A stretch of DNA of 64,000 nucleotides from Octopus vulgaris (taxonomy: Eukaryota). Each line of letters opens with the position of its first letter. Within the stretch, counting starts at the first letter, position 1. The stretch covers positions 18,414,001-18,478,000 of the forward strand of contig OX597829.1 in the NCBI GenBank assembly GCA_951406725.2, read 5' to 3'. Below the pieces are notes generated by a model that made no database searches, had not been told where the DNA came from, and saw only the letters and a program-made list of their open reading frames with translations. Made by a program: the position numbers and the translations under genes. Of the stretch, positions 36,915-49,724 are shown piece after piece.

Positions 36915-37474
36915 TAGGTATAACTGTGTGGTTAAGATGCTTACTCTTTTACTCTTTTACTCGTTTCAGTCATTTGACTGCAGCCATGCTGGAGCACCGC
37001 CTTTAATCGAGCAACTCAATCCTGGGACTTATTATTTTGTAAGCCCAGTACTTATTCTATCGGTCTCTTTTGCTGAACCGCTAAGTAACGGAGACATAAA
37101 CACACCAGCACCGGTTGTCAAGCAATGCTAGGGGGACAAACACAGACACACAAACACACATACACACATATATACGACGGGCTTCTCTCAGTTTCCGTCT
37201 ACCAAATCCACTCACAAGGCTTTGGTCGGCCCGAGGCTATAGTAGAAGACACTTGCCCAAGGTGTCACGCAGTGGGACTGAACCCGGAACCATGTGGTTG
37301 GTAAACAAGCTACTTACCACACAGCCACTCCTGCTTGTTCACAACCACAAGTTTCCAAGTTCAGTCCCACTGTGCAGCACCTTGTACCTGTATAGTCTTC
37401 TACAATAGCCTTGGGCTGAATTGTGAGTGGCTTTGTGAGTGAATATGGTAGAGGGAAACTGAAAGAAGCCTATC

Positions 37475-37475
<1 letters not shown>
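36915..37475. mobile_element. SINE family A (minus, 36943-37333) nested in an older plus-strand family A head
   Basis: Outer head ACTGTGTGGTTAAGATGCTT resumes as GTTCACAACCAC..GTTCAGTCCCACTG after the inner copy. Confidence 0.75.
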
Positions 37476-37566
<91 letters not shown>

Positions 37567-37699
37567 CATATATATATATGTAGATATACATATATATATC
37601 TATATATGTTCTCATTTTGTTGAATGAATAAATAATCCAACATTTTAATATCCGAAAGTTGATGAACAAACTAAATTTGTTTCTCCATTTTCTTATTTG

Positions 37700-38075
37700 T
37701 ACAGGGTGTCCATAAAGTCTCTTTAAAATTTTAAAATTTTATTGCAAAGGCAGTTGGCAAGATTTGATTTAACCAGATTTGTTTTATTGTAATAATTGTT
37801 TAGAAAAGTTTTTTTTTAACTGTTATTTAATAGACCTCTATATGGGCACCATTAGTTGTGTGAAGCACATCTAGACGGTACTCGATTTCTTGCCATGTTC
37901 ACTGTAGGATAGCCTCATCAATGGTGGCAATGGCATTACGAATCCTTTGCTTCAAGTCAGCAATGTCCTGTATCTTTCTTTGATACACGATATCTTTACA
38001 TAACCCCATAAAAAGAAGTCCAAAGGAGTGATATCTGGCGAATGCGTTGGCCATGGAAAGTTGACTGTACATGTC
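37700..38075 (-). mobile_element. Tc1/mariner-superfamily 3' fragment
   Basis: Terminus TACAGGGTGTCC; WPTHSPDITPLDFFLWG.. then KDIVYQRKIQDIADLKQRIRNAIATID..TWQEIEYRLDVL..NGAHIEVY. Confidence 0.8.
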
Positions 38076-38144
38076 CAAACATGTCCAATGCTCTGTCTCT
38101 CTCTTTATATATATATATACATATATATATATATTTATATACAT

Positions 38145-38530
38145 ATATGGAATACAACATGGGACAAGAACGCAAAACATCTGGACAACTAGGTGATACA
38201 AAAAGGGACAACAAAACATCCAGATAGACGATACAAAAAAACAAACAAGGACGGGTCATTCGAAGCTTTCTATCCTAAGTCAAGAACCAGATCATCTTCA
38301 CAATTTCGGCTGATTAATCTTGAGATTGCTCCAATCTGGCCAGCCCCAAGGAAAATCTAAGCTAAGAGCATTAGATTCCTTGAAAGAAAGCATAAAATGT
38401 ATACGAAAACAAGGGCGGAAAAACAGACAATGTTACACAAATATAAATACAAAATACAATAAAAATAATAATAATAATAATAACAGGACATAACAACTGG
38501 TGTCTTTCAACTGGAGACGAATTGAATTCA
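38145..38530. repeat. Interspersed repeat next to (TA)n, possibly a Penelope-type terminal repeat
   Basis: Similar layout to other PLE-type pieces; minus strand GGCTG..CAGCC-GAAA stem but no clean core. Confidence 0.3.
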
Positions 38531-39220
38531 CATGTATAAAAGTGAGTTTGGAGGAATATATTATCTGGGCAGATACTGTATTAACTCTCAGTCAAGGATG
38601 CTGGCTAAATGCAACAGTCAATATTCAATGATGTGCCTACAATTAGTTGTTAGTCACTCTGTGAATTCTTCCATTGAGTAATTCCATGTGTCCTATGCTG
38701 AACTGTAAAAGTTCCCTGAAGTCATTGTAATATGCTGTATATAACTGTAAAATAAATTTTGTGAATGTATAAGTCTCCATACTCATTATTACACTGGGGA
38801 ACAGGGTTTTTGTTGTCTGATGTTGGAGACGTGTTTCCTACTAATTCAGGGATGCTGATTTCAAAAATGAAATCCATTTTGCTCTGTCATGTCAAGATTT
38901 TTCACAAACTCAGATGTCCAAATTTTCAACATTTCTGGTATTGTCACCATTTCTAAGGATAGATTTGACTTCATCAAATGTGAACCCATAACTTTGAAAA
39001 CATAATTTTTCAATGTCATTTAAAGTAAATACAACTACAAAAGTGAAAACAAATGTCATGATTTAAGTATCTTTAGTAAATAAAAAGTATCAAACTTGAG
39101 CAACTTCCACTATTTTCAACCTAACCGGTTTCAAATATCATGAGGATCACATAAATGTTCTTTATACAATTAGATATTGTTGTGGCCCTTGACACCATAG
39201 TCTCATATTTGCAGAATTTA

Positions 39221-39634
39221 TCTGCAGATATGCCACACTCTACAGATATGCCACACTCTGCAGATATGCCACACTCTACAGATATACCACACTCTACAGA
39301 TATGCCACACTCTACAGATATGCCACACTCTGCAGATATGCCACACTCTGCAGATATGCCACACTCTACAGATATACCACACTCTACAGATATGCCACAC
39401 TCTACAGATATGCCACACTCTGCAGATATGCCACACTCTGCAGATATGCCACACTCTACAGATATGCCACACTCTGCAGATATGCCACACTCTACAGATA
39501 TGCCACACTCTGCAGATATGCCACACTCTGCAGATATGCCACACTCTACAGATATGCCACACTCTACAGATATGCCACACTCTGCAGATATGCCACACTC
39601 TACAGATATGCCACACTCTGCAGATATGCCTACA
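39221..39634. repeat. 18-bp minisatellite (TCTRCAGATATRCCACAC) x23
   Basis: Counted from the SADMPH/STDMPH translation; only two variable positions. Confidence 0.95.
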
Positions 39635-40593
39635 CTTTGCTTAATTTAGTGTGACTATCATTGCAAACTAGATAAGACATGTTTTGCTGAACTTTTAACT
39701 GTTTCTTATGAAAACTGATATTTTGAATGTGCCCTTAATGTTTCGATTGTGAGGTCACATGGGTCAAGGTCACATTTCATTAAGCACCGTCAAAGAACTG
39801 TAAAATGAACTAAAATGAACTTCATGGTATGTATGCTCTTTATGGAACTTTGCCATCACAAATCTGCATTTGTTTACTTTATAACTGTTGGTTATTCTGA
39901 AAATGCTTTCTCAGCTGACAACTGGCTTGAATATGTTTTGTATTTCAGAAATATAGCCAGTTGCAAGAGAAGAGAATTTAAAAACAGTCCTGATGCCTTC
40001 TACTTGTTTCTGGATTAAGCAGGGAAACACAATTACAGATTTTGTGAAGAAAGCTTACCTTACTTCCTTACTTTAACATGAAACTAGGTGACAAGACAAA
40101 GCTTGGGCATCCTGTATAGTGTGCAAAACATGTTGAAACACTGAGACAGTGACTGCTTCAAATACTTAAGCAGAAAGTTTCCAGCTTTGTCTTGTGAGAA
40201 AAATAAGGTTGGTGTGTTTGATGGGCCAAATATTAGGTGACTATCGCAGGACGAGCTGTTTTTGGAAACCCTATCTGGCATTGAAAAAGAAGCATGGAAT
40301 GCTTTTGTTGCAGTTGTATCGGATTTCCTGAGAAACAGGAAACCATCCAATTATGAAGATTTTGTGCAAACCCTGTTAACCAGTTTTCTAGTACTGGGCT
40401 GCAACATGGGTGTAAATGTGCATTTCCTGTACAGTCATCTGGACTACTTCCTTGAAAATCCTAAAGCAATAGTGATGAGCAAGAAAGAAGATTCCACCAA
40501 AGCAATTGAGAACATGGGGACCAGGTATCAAGGCAGGTAAAACACCAACATGATATTGTCTATTGTTGATCACTGCAAAGAGACTGACATAGA

Positions 40594-40997
40594 GTCTTTT
40601 ACTTGTTTCAGTCATTTGACTGCGGCCATGCTGGAGCACCGCCTTTAGTCGAGCAAATTGACCCCGGGACTTATTCTTTGTAAGCCCAGTACTTATTCTA
40701 TCGGTCTCTTTTGCCGAACCGCTAAGTGACGGGGACGTAAACACACCAGCATCGGTTGTCAAGCAATGCAAGGGGTACAAACACAGACACACAAACACAC
40801 GCACACATACATATATATATACATACATATATACGACAGGCTTCTTTCAGTTTCCGTCTACTAAATCCACTCACAAGGCATTGGTCGGCCCGGGGCTATA
40901 GCAGAAGACACTTGCCCAAGGTGCCACGCAGTGGGACTGAATCCGGAACCATGTGGTTGGTTAGCAAGCTACTTACCACACAGCCACTCCTGCGCCT
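40594..40997 (-). mobile_element. SINE family A (young)
   Basis: Full-length reverse match, CpGs retained. Confidence 0.85.
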
Positions 40998-41169
40998 ATG
41001 ATGCAATTTATTCACTTAAAGCAACAAAAAGAAAGTTCATTCCTTGTGTAATTCAAACGCCAGTTTGACAGAAATATCTATTCTAAGACGAGTAATTAAG
41101 CATTTTGTGTAATATATCGGTTAAACAATAATAAGTACTGTTTGGTTTGTGTTAGTTTCTTATTTCAGT

Positions 41170-41570
41170 GTTCTTTTTTACTCTAGGCACAAGGCCCAAA
41201 ATTTTGGGGGGAGTGGGGCAGGGGCCAGTCGATTAGATCGACCCCAGTATGCAACTGGTACTTAATTTATTGACCTCCAAAAGGATGAAAGGTAAAGTCA
41301 ACCTCAGTAGAATTTGATCCCAGAATGTAAAGATAGATGAAATACCTATTTAGCCAAGGGGCAAAACACAGAGAGGACAAACAAGGACAGACAAACGGAT
41401 TAAGTCGATTATATCGACCCCAGTGCGTAACTGGTACTTATTTAATCAACCCCGAAAGGATGAAAGACAAAGTTGACCTCGGCAGAATTTGAACTCAGAA
41501 CATAGTGGCAGATGAAATACCGCTAAGCATTTTGCCCGGTGTGCTAACATTTCTGCTAGCTTGCCACCTT
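41170..41570 (-). mobile_element. Two tandem SINE family B copies with different tails
   Basis: GAAAGGATGAAAG..CAACCTC..GAATTTGA-like motif occurs twice. Confidence 0.75.
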
Positions 41571-41842
41571 ATTATTTCAGTATTGCATTTAATAATAAAA
41601 TTGACATTTTTTTTGTAAAGAAAAAAAAATTAATTCCTATTTAACAAAAAACTTGACATGATAGAAAATTTCTAGGGGCATTTCTGAAGCCAACACCATA
41701 AAATCAGGGAGGACTAATTGTAAAAAGCAAGACAACCAAAAGATTTTTTTTTAATGCTCCACAGTTGATATATACATATGCTCCCCATGTTGATATATAC
41801 ATGTGTATGTATGTATGTATGTATGTATGTATGTATATATAT

Positions 41843-42020
41843 AGGGAGAGTTTATGAAAAAAACAAAAGACGAAGACAGGTGGTGTACAAAACAAACAGA
41901 TGTATTAGTATAATGCTCAGGAATAGAAAATGTCTTTTACATTTCGAGCCTACACTCTTCTACGGAAAGGGACACAGAAAAAAACAAGGAGAGAAAAAAA
42001 TGTGTGTAGTGGCTAACACA
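41843..42020 (-). mobile_element. Short Penelope-type element with variant hammerhead (41934-41969)
   Basis: CTTT-CCGTAGA-A-GAGT-GTAG-GCTC-GAAAT-GTA-AAAG; homologous to 21647-21840. Confidence 0.55.
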
Positions 42021-42589
42021 CATATATTTATATATGTATGTATATTTTTTATGAAGCTTTGTCTCATGTATGATGGTCACTCTCATCGATTTCATTGCTT
42101 GTGTGTATACACCCAGGCAGCATTTATATTTTTAACACAGTTGACACCGCCAGATTGAATGATGCAGCTCAGGTGTCAATATTATAGTGATACTCGTTTG
42201 GCAGCTGATGATGGGCATACACATTTATTATGTTTGATTGTGAATTTCTTATATCTTAGTCTAGTTATTATGGTTTGTACTTCTTTGTCATAAGGTAGAA
42301 ATTGTTTGTGGGTTCATAGTTTGCAAAGATCACATACATCAGTACTGCTTTTTCTTTATAGATAATCTTATTAAGCTTAGATAAGGCTTAGATATTGGTG
42401 TGTAGTTTTGAGAGGTTCTGTGGCATGTGTGTGTATGTGTGCCTGTGTGTGTGTGTGTGCCTGTGTGTGTGTGTGTGTGTGCCTGTGTGTGTTTATCTGT
42501 CCCACCACTTGACAGCTGGTGTTGGTTTGTTTACATCCTCATAACCTAGCAGTTTAGTAAAAGGCGCCAATAGAATAAGTAAAGCAAAT

Positions 42590-42836
42590 AAAGGTTACTT
42601 TCTTGAGTCATGTCGACTTATAAGGGCCAGTTTTCCTGTTTCATGGTGAATAAATTCCTCACCTAAATGGGACCCCAGTCCATTGCAGGTTTACTCATTT
42701 TTGCCAGCTGAGTGGACTGGGGCTAAGTGAAATGAAGTGTTTTGCTCAAGAACACAATGCATCACCCAGTCCAGGAATTGAAATCACAATCTTACGATCA
42801 TGAGTCCAACCCCCTAACTACTAAGCCATATGCCTC
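42590..42836 (-). mobile_element. SINE with family C tRNA head but a different tail, nested in a family A tail (42490-42960)
   Basis: CATTTTTGCCAGCTGAGTGGACTGG..CTAAGCCA shared with the 59421-60698 units. Confidence 0.6.
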
Positions 42837-43264
42837 TGACTAATGAGTACGAGGCTTAAAAAGAAAAATAAGTCCTAGGGTCGATTCATTCAACTGAAAT
42901 TCTTCAAAGCAGTGCTCCAGCATGGCCACAGTCCAGTAACTGAAAGGCGTAAAAAAACAAAAAGGATTAAAAAGAAAAGAAGTTTTCGATTACTCATTAA
43001 TCCCCCATCAGCCTTGACTGAGCAGAATTATGATCAAAGTCATTTTTGTGTTTTTGTTTTTTTAGAGATATCAAAAGGGTGATTGATCTGTTGACAGAAT
43101 CATTAGGGCGTTGGACAAAATGCTTTACAGTATTTGTTCCATCTCTTTGCACTCTGAGTTCAAAACCCACAGAGGTTGACTTAGTCTTTCATCTTTTTTG
43201 GGGTGAGTGAGGATGGGAGGGAGTGATAAACTAAAGAACCACTCAAATACTAAGTTGATTTCTT

Positions 43265-43590
43265 GCCCCCCCCTCTCTCTCTTTCCATCTCCTTCTCTCT
43301 CTCCATCTGTCTTTCTTTCTCTCTCTTCCCTTGCTCTATCTCTCTTTATTTCTCTCCCTCTCCCTTCCTTGCTCTCTCTCTCTCTCTCCATCTCTTACTC
43401 TGTCTCTCTTTCTTTCTCCCCTTGCTCTGTCTCTTTTTTGCTCTCTCTCTTTCTCTTCCTCCCTCCCTCTATTTCTCTCTCCTTTGCTCTATCTGTCTTT
43501 CTCTTCCTGTCTCTTCCTCTCTTTTTCTCTCACTGTCTTGCTCTCTCTTCCTCTCCCTCTCCCTCCCTCTCTCTTTCTTGCTCTCTCAGA
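43265..43590. repeat. (CT)-rich low-complexity tract
   Basis: Seen directly. Confidence 0.9.
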
Positions 43591-45821
43591 ACTAACTAAC
43601 CTCAGCTTGGTTATTCTCATTCTCATTAGGATGCCAGCTGAAATACTAAGTCTGGATAAAAAGAGAAGAGCTGAGTTAGGGAATAGCAACCATTTTATTG
43701 TTCCTTCCTTTTCATTGAGACTGTTCGCAAAAACTAAAGAGGCTGGACATGGTGGATACAAATAAGCTGATGTACTGAGCAGTGAGCAACAGACTATGGA
43801 CTAAATTAACCCTTAACCCTTTTGATACCTAACCTGCCTGAGCCCCCATGCCCACTCCAACCCAGTTCTATGAGATAAATTTGCCCATTTTAAAGTGATC
43901 TAAATTAAAACTTTCTAAAGAACCAGCTTAATGACAACAAAGTTATTTTACTAAATTCTTCATTATTCTCAAAATTAGCCAAAACAAAAGCAGTCTGTTT
44001 TAATAGGAATACGGTAATGAATGTGTCAAGAATTCCATTATTTTACTGTGCCTACTCCTGTTTTTTTTTTCTTTTTGAGATAGTAGAAAGTTATTTGAAG
44101 AAAAATTTGGTGGTTATTTGTTGTTGATTAAGCAATCAGATAGCAACACCAGAGGCACTAGCACTGATAGCAATATATAATTCTTGAAGATTGTTAAGTG
44201 AATGCTAAGTGGTTGGAGAGCCAAGCCTGTGATATATGCTGAATTCTCAATATGATTCTTTCTGTCTCATGCTTCTAATACTGGCTTGTTCTCTAATAAC
44301 AGGAATCTACTAAGCTGACACACTCTTCACTTGGTAGTTGAAGAATAAGTCTTTTGTAATCTAATAAAATAAACTAGTTAGTAATTGCTATTGCAAACAA
44401 ACAATTAATTCAGGATGAACCTCTTCGTGGCTGCCAATGAGGGCGTCCTCTTCATGTTTGGTCAACTTCCTCAAAATAGCAGTCAGGTTTCCTTCACATT
44501 ACACGTCACCTTCTTGAAAAGGATATGTTGGATAAAAGAGTTCTGTATATACAAAGCAAATGGGATAGTCATAGCTGGGATGCTTTTGGTCATAGGTCCA
44601 CCAGATCTGGACTATCTGGATTTTATCTACATTGACAAACAAACGAATGAAATTAAAATAAAACGACTGAATTTTTTTTTATATTTAACCCTTTAGCATT
44701 TAGGTTGTTTTGGCAAATGTATTGCTTATTTGTCTTGCAAACAACTTGCACATGCAAGTGCTACCAGTTAAAAGTTCCGTATACCGGAAGCTAGCAAGTG
44801 TATGGGGTCATCAGGAGAGAATGTGTGCTGTTTCGAGGCCTACCTCTCGACGGCATCAATGCACACTGGCCCCCCTCACTGATATGAGGCCCCGCTTGCT
44901 AGATCAGCTGGTTATGAAGAACTCAATATACTTCTAGCCATCGCTCATCGTCTCTTTTTAATTAATCTTGCATTCTCTCATAACTTTGAGATTTCAACAA
45001 TGTGATTGTTAATTTTTTTAATGACATTATAGAGTGGGTGTGAGAGGCTGGATCTGGCCAATTTGAACATAAAAAGGGCAGAATATTTGGGTTGGATATG
45101 GCTAGTTTAAATACTAAAAGGTAGATGTTTATATTTGTGTTGTTGTTGGTGTTGTTCCAATGTAAGAATTGTGTTGGGTCAAGCCTGTTTTTTTCTGATA
45201 CTGTGTAGTGATTGTATTATTGAAGGGGACTCAGTGCTTTGCTGCTGTTATTAACCATTTAGCATTCAGATTACACAATCAAATGTGATTCTTATTTATT
45301 CTCATTGTTTTCAGTCAATCATGCATTGAGATTCCAATGAAATGATTGTTTAGTTTTTAGAATGACATTGTAGGGTATGTGTGCAAGGTTAGATCTGGCC
45401 AATCTGAACATAAGGCAGGTACAATATTTGGGCTGGACATAGCCAGTTTAAAAGCTAAAAGGGGGAGGTTTTTATTTGTGTTGTTGTTGTTGCTGTTCCT
45501 GTGTAGAAATTCCGTTGGGGCAAACCTGTTTTTGCATGATATTGTGTAGCGATTGCATTGATGAAGGAGACTCGGTGCTTTGCTGTTATTAACCTTTTAG
45601 TGTTCAGATTACTCAATCAACAGTAAAGCTTATTTATTTACATCGTTTTGAATTCATCATGCATTATCTCACAGCTTTGAGATTTCAATGATGTGATTAT
45701 TTAGATTTAGAATGACATTGTAGAATAGGTATGAGAGGCCAGATCTGGCCAGTTTGAACATAAAACAAGTAGAATATTTGGGCTGGATATGGCTGGTTTA
45801 GACACTAAATGGATATCTGTG

Positions 45822-46223
45822 TAGGTGCAGGAGTGGCTGTGTGGTAAGTAGCTTGCTTACCAACCACATGGTTCTGGGTTCAGTCCCACTGCGTGGCACC
45901 TTGGGCAAGTGTCTTCTACTATAACCTCAGGCCAACCAAAGCCTTGTAAGTGGATTTGGTAGGCGGAAACTGAAAGAAGCCCATCATATATATATGTATA
46001 TATATGTGTGTGCGTGTGTGATTTGATTGTCTGTGTTTGTTCCCCTAACATTGCTTGACAACCGATGCTGGTGTGTTTCCATCCCCGTAACTTAGCGGTT
46101 CAGCAAAAGAGACTGATAGAATAAGTACTAAGCTTACAAAGAATAAGTCCTGGGGTTGATTTGCTCGACTAAAGGCGGTGCTGCAGCATGGCCACAATCA
46201 AATGACTGAAACAAGTAAAAGAG
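45822..46223 (+). mobile_element. SINE family A
   Basis: Full-length match; B box GGTTCAGTCCC. Confidence 0.85.
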
Positions 46224-46434
46224 TATGTATAATCCTTTATCGTTCAGATGACTCTGTCAAATGTAATGCTTATTTATTCACATTGCTTTGAATTAATCAA
46301 GCGTGATCTCATAGCTTCAAGATTTTCAATGGTGTGTTTCTATATTTTCAGAGGGACATTGTAGTGTAGGTGTGAGAGGCTGGATCTGGTCACTTTTGGC
46401 ATAAATCAGGTTGAATATTTTGGCCAGATATGCT

Positions 46435-46801
46435 TTTGTTTTTGCTTGTTTCAGTCATTTGACTGTGGCCATGCTGGAGCACCGCCTTTAGTCGAACAAA
46501 TCGACCCCGAGACTTATTCTTTGTAAGCCCATTACTTATTCTATCGGTCTCTTTTGCCGAACCACTAAGTTACTGGGACATAAACACACCGGTTGTCAAG
46601 CAATGCTAGGGGGACAAACACAAACACACATATATACATATATATACGACAGGCTTCTTTCAGTTTCCGTCTACCAAATCCACTCACAAGGCATTGGTCG
46701 GCCCGGGGCTATAGCAGAAGACACTTGCCCAAGGTGCCACGCAGTGGGACTGAACCCGGAACCATGTGGTTGGTAAACAAGCTACTTACCACACAGCCAC
46801 T
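46435..46801 (-). mobile_element. SINE family A nested in a MITE
   Basis: MITE resumes as GGTCAGTTTAAATGCTAAAAAGGGTTAA. Confidence 0.85.
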
Positions 46802-47107
46802 GGTCAGTTTAAATGCTAAAAAGGGTTAAATATTTTCAATTTATTTTCAAATATTTTGGTGTGACCTGGAATTGAAACCTTACAACACTGATATTCAGGT
46901 GCAGTCCACATTCGTATCAGACCCTGGTTATCAACCAATCAGCTGGCTGTAATATCATGCTATATAAGAACATAGTTAAATTTTCTATGATCTTTCCACT
47001 TGCTATTAAGACAAAAGCTCATTGAGGGCAGCTGCAGTTTTGAAAGAGGCAGAGCACGCACACCTCATCTCTCACCAAACAACACCAAGTTTTTTTTTCA
47101 TCCGTTG

Positions 47108-47762
47108 TCTTTTACTTGTTTCAGTCATTCGACTGTGGCCATGCTGGAGCACCACTTTGAAGAATTTTTAGTTCAACGAGTCGACCCCAGTACCTTCTTT
47201 TTTTTTTCTTAGCCTAGTATTTATACTATCAGTCTCCTTTGCCAAACCACTTAGCTAAAAGGATGCAAACACAACACTGGTTGTCAGGTGGTGGTGAGGG
47301 ACATCTGCAGATACACACGCACACACACACACACACACATACACGACAGGCTTCTTTCAGTTTCTTATTTCTTTATTGCCCACAAGGGGCTAAACAGACA
47401 GGGGACAAACAAGGACAGACAAAGGGGTTAAGTCAATTACATCGACCCCAGTGCATAACTGGTACTTAATTTATCGACCCTGAAAGGATGAAAGGCAAAG
47501 TCAACCTTGGTGGAATTTGAACTCAGAACGTAACGGCAGACGAAATACCACTAAGCATTTCGCCCGGCGTGATAATGTTTCTGCTAGCTCATTGCCTTCC
47601 ACAGGCTTCTTTCCGTTTCGGTCAACCAAATCCATTCACAAGGCTTTGATCGGCCTAAGGCCATAGAAGAAAACAATTTACCCCTGTGCCACATAGTGGG
47701 ACTGAACCCAAAACCATGTGGTTGGGAAGCAAACCTCTTACCACACAACCACACCTGTTCCT
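47108..47762 (-). mobile_element. SINE family A containing a SINE family B (47362-47598)
   Basis: ACAGGCTTCTTTC(A/C)GTTTC duplicated around the inner copy. Confidence 0.8.
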
Positions 47763-47939
47763 ATATTATAAGTGAACCCAACTACAAAAGAAAGGAAATT
47801 TTTCTTCATAATAGCAAACCAAATCTTCTCAACGTCTCGAGCCTTGCTACTACGCTCGATTTTGATGTCCTGCATTTCCCAATAAGGAGTTATTAGAAGA
47901 TTATATTCACTATACCCTCATTCTCCTCCCTTCTTTTTT

Positions 47940-48140
47940 TCTTTTTATTTGTTTCAGTCATTTGACTGTGGCCATGCTGGGGCACTGCCTTTAGTTGAAC
48001 AAACTGACCCCAGGACTTATTCTTTGTGAGCTAGTACTAATTCTATCACTCTCTTTTGCTGAATTGCAAAGTTACACCAGCATCGGTTGTCAAGCAATGG
48101 AGGGGAGACAAATACAGACACACAAACATACACACACACA

Positions 48141-48187
<47 letters not shown>

Positions 48188-48610
48188 TCTTTTACTCTTT
48201 TACTTGTTTCAGTAATTTGACTGTGGCCTTGCTGGAGCACCGCCTTTAGTCAAGCAAATCGACCCCAGGATTTATTCTTTGTAAGCCTAGTACATATTCT
48301 ATCGGTCTCTTTTGTTGAACCGCTAAGTTACGGGGACATAAACACACCAGCATCGGTTGTCAAGTGATGTCGGGGAGACAAACACAGACACACAAACACA
48401 CACACACACATGCACACACACACACACACATATACAAACATATATACGATGGGCTTCTTTCAGTTTCCGTCTACTAAATCCATTCACAAGGCTTTGATCA
48501 GCCTGAGGCTATAGTAGAAGACACTTGCCCAAGGTGCCACATAGTGGGACTGAACCTGGAACCATGTGGTTGGTAAGCAAGCCACTTACCACACAGCAAC
48601 CCCTGCACCT
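47940..48610 (-). mobile_element. One partial plus one full SINE family A
   Basis: Reverse matches to 5029-5432. Confidence 0.8.
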
Positions 48611-48867
48611 ACTCCCTGTTCAATAAATCCTAAAATATATGATTGTGTTTACATCTGCTCATCAAGTGTATGTAACAAGCAGCCCAACTTACACCAAAAC
48701 AAGAATAACAGACTCATGGTACCGTACAAGAGCAACAATATAAACGTAATTCAAATCTTTAAATTTGTGTCTATAAATAGTATAATCCATACTCCTACAT
48801 AACCCCCCAGTGGTTTCTAACTTTAGAAATATCGAATAACAATAACAGTTGTTACTTGATACTCCGG

Positions 48868-49096
48868 TTCTGGTAACTCCGCCAGTAACAACGGTGAGAA
48901 TTCTAGTTGATTCGATGAACAGAACAGCTTGCTCATGAAAATTAAAGTGCAAGTGGTTGAGCACTCCACAGACATGTGTACCTTTAAAATAGTTCTGCAG
49001 GAGATTCAGCATTGATCCAGAATGTGTCAAGGCTGATCCTTTGAAATACAGGTACAACTCATTTTTGCCAGATAAATGGACTGGAGGAGGAGGTGG

Positions 49097-49132
<36 letters not shown>

Positions 49133-49490
49133 GTGATGGTGATGATGATGATGGTGATGATGGTGATGATGATGATGGTGATGATACATCATCATCATCA
49201 TCATTTAATATTCGTTTTGCTTGCTGGCATGGGTTAGACCATCTGACAAGAGCTGGCTGGCTGGATAGCTGTACCAGGCCCTAATTGTCTGCTTTTGGCA
49301 TGATTTCTATGGCTGGATGCCCTTTCTAATGCCAACCATTTTACAGAGTGTGTTGGGTGCTTTTTACTTGTCACTGGCATGGGTGAAGTAAAATGTTTTG
49401 CTCAAGGACAAAATATGCTACTAGGAATCAAACTCATGGCCTTACGACCTCGAACCAAATATCCTAACCACTTAAGCACATGTCTTCTTG
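48868..49490 (-). mobile_element. SINE family C split by a (GAT)n tract and an RTE tail (49200-49380)
   Basis: Tail portion 48868-49085; head portion ~49385-49490. Confidence 0.6.
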
Positions 49491-49659
49491 ACACAGGCAA
49501 ATATATTAAATCTTGTCTCCCTTAATGAACTCTTCAATAAGTCGGACTACACCATTATAGTACACAATGAAGAGAAACAAGTTGATTGGGTGCAGCTGTT
49601 TTGATGCCAATGATTTCCTCATGCATAGACATGCAGAAAGATACACATACAGATAGAAA

Positions 49660-49724
<65 letters not shown>

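Larger units (their letters stand above)
38792..41767 (+). mobile_element. Chapaev3-like (CMC) DNA transposon, internally deleted
   Basis: TTA|CACTGGGG left end with imperfect inverted match at right end (..CATGTCAAG.. / ..CTTGACATG.., CCACAGTTG); remnants KNSPDAF, MKLGD.DKAW, FDGPNIR, EKEAWNAF..VVSDFL.N.KPSNY, LGCNMGVNVHFLYSHLDYF, RFHQ, RYQGR (39950-40580). Confidence 0.75.
44686..46829. mobile_element. Cluster of four ~220-bp TTAA-flanked MITEs (piggyBac-like ends)
   Basis: TTAACCCTTTAGCATT...AATGCTAAAAAGGGTTAA-type ends; copies ~44686-45122, 45251-45463, 45589-45812, 46231-46829. Confidence 0.65.

Noticed and set aside
38265-38365. Minus-strand GGCTG..CAGCC-GAAA stem and GACTTAGGATAGAAAGCTTC
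   Set aside because: No CTGANGA correctly placed; not callable as a hammerhead
39155-39649. 164-aa SADMPH repeat protein, or a CRISPR-like array
   Set aside because: Contiguous 18-bp units with no spacers, inside a transposon; eukaryotic context with no cas genes; open frames are expected for a unit length divisible by 3
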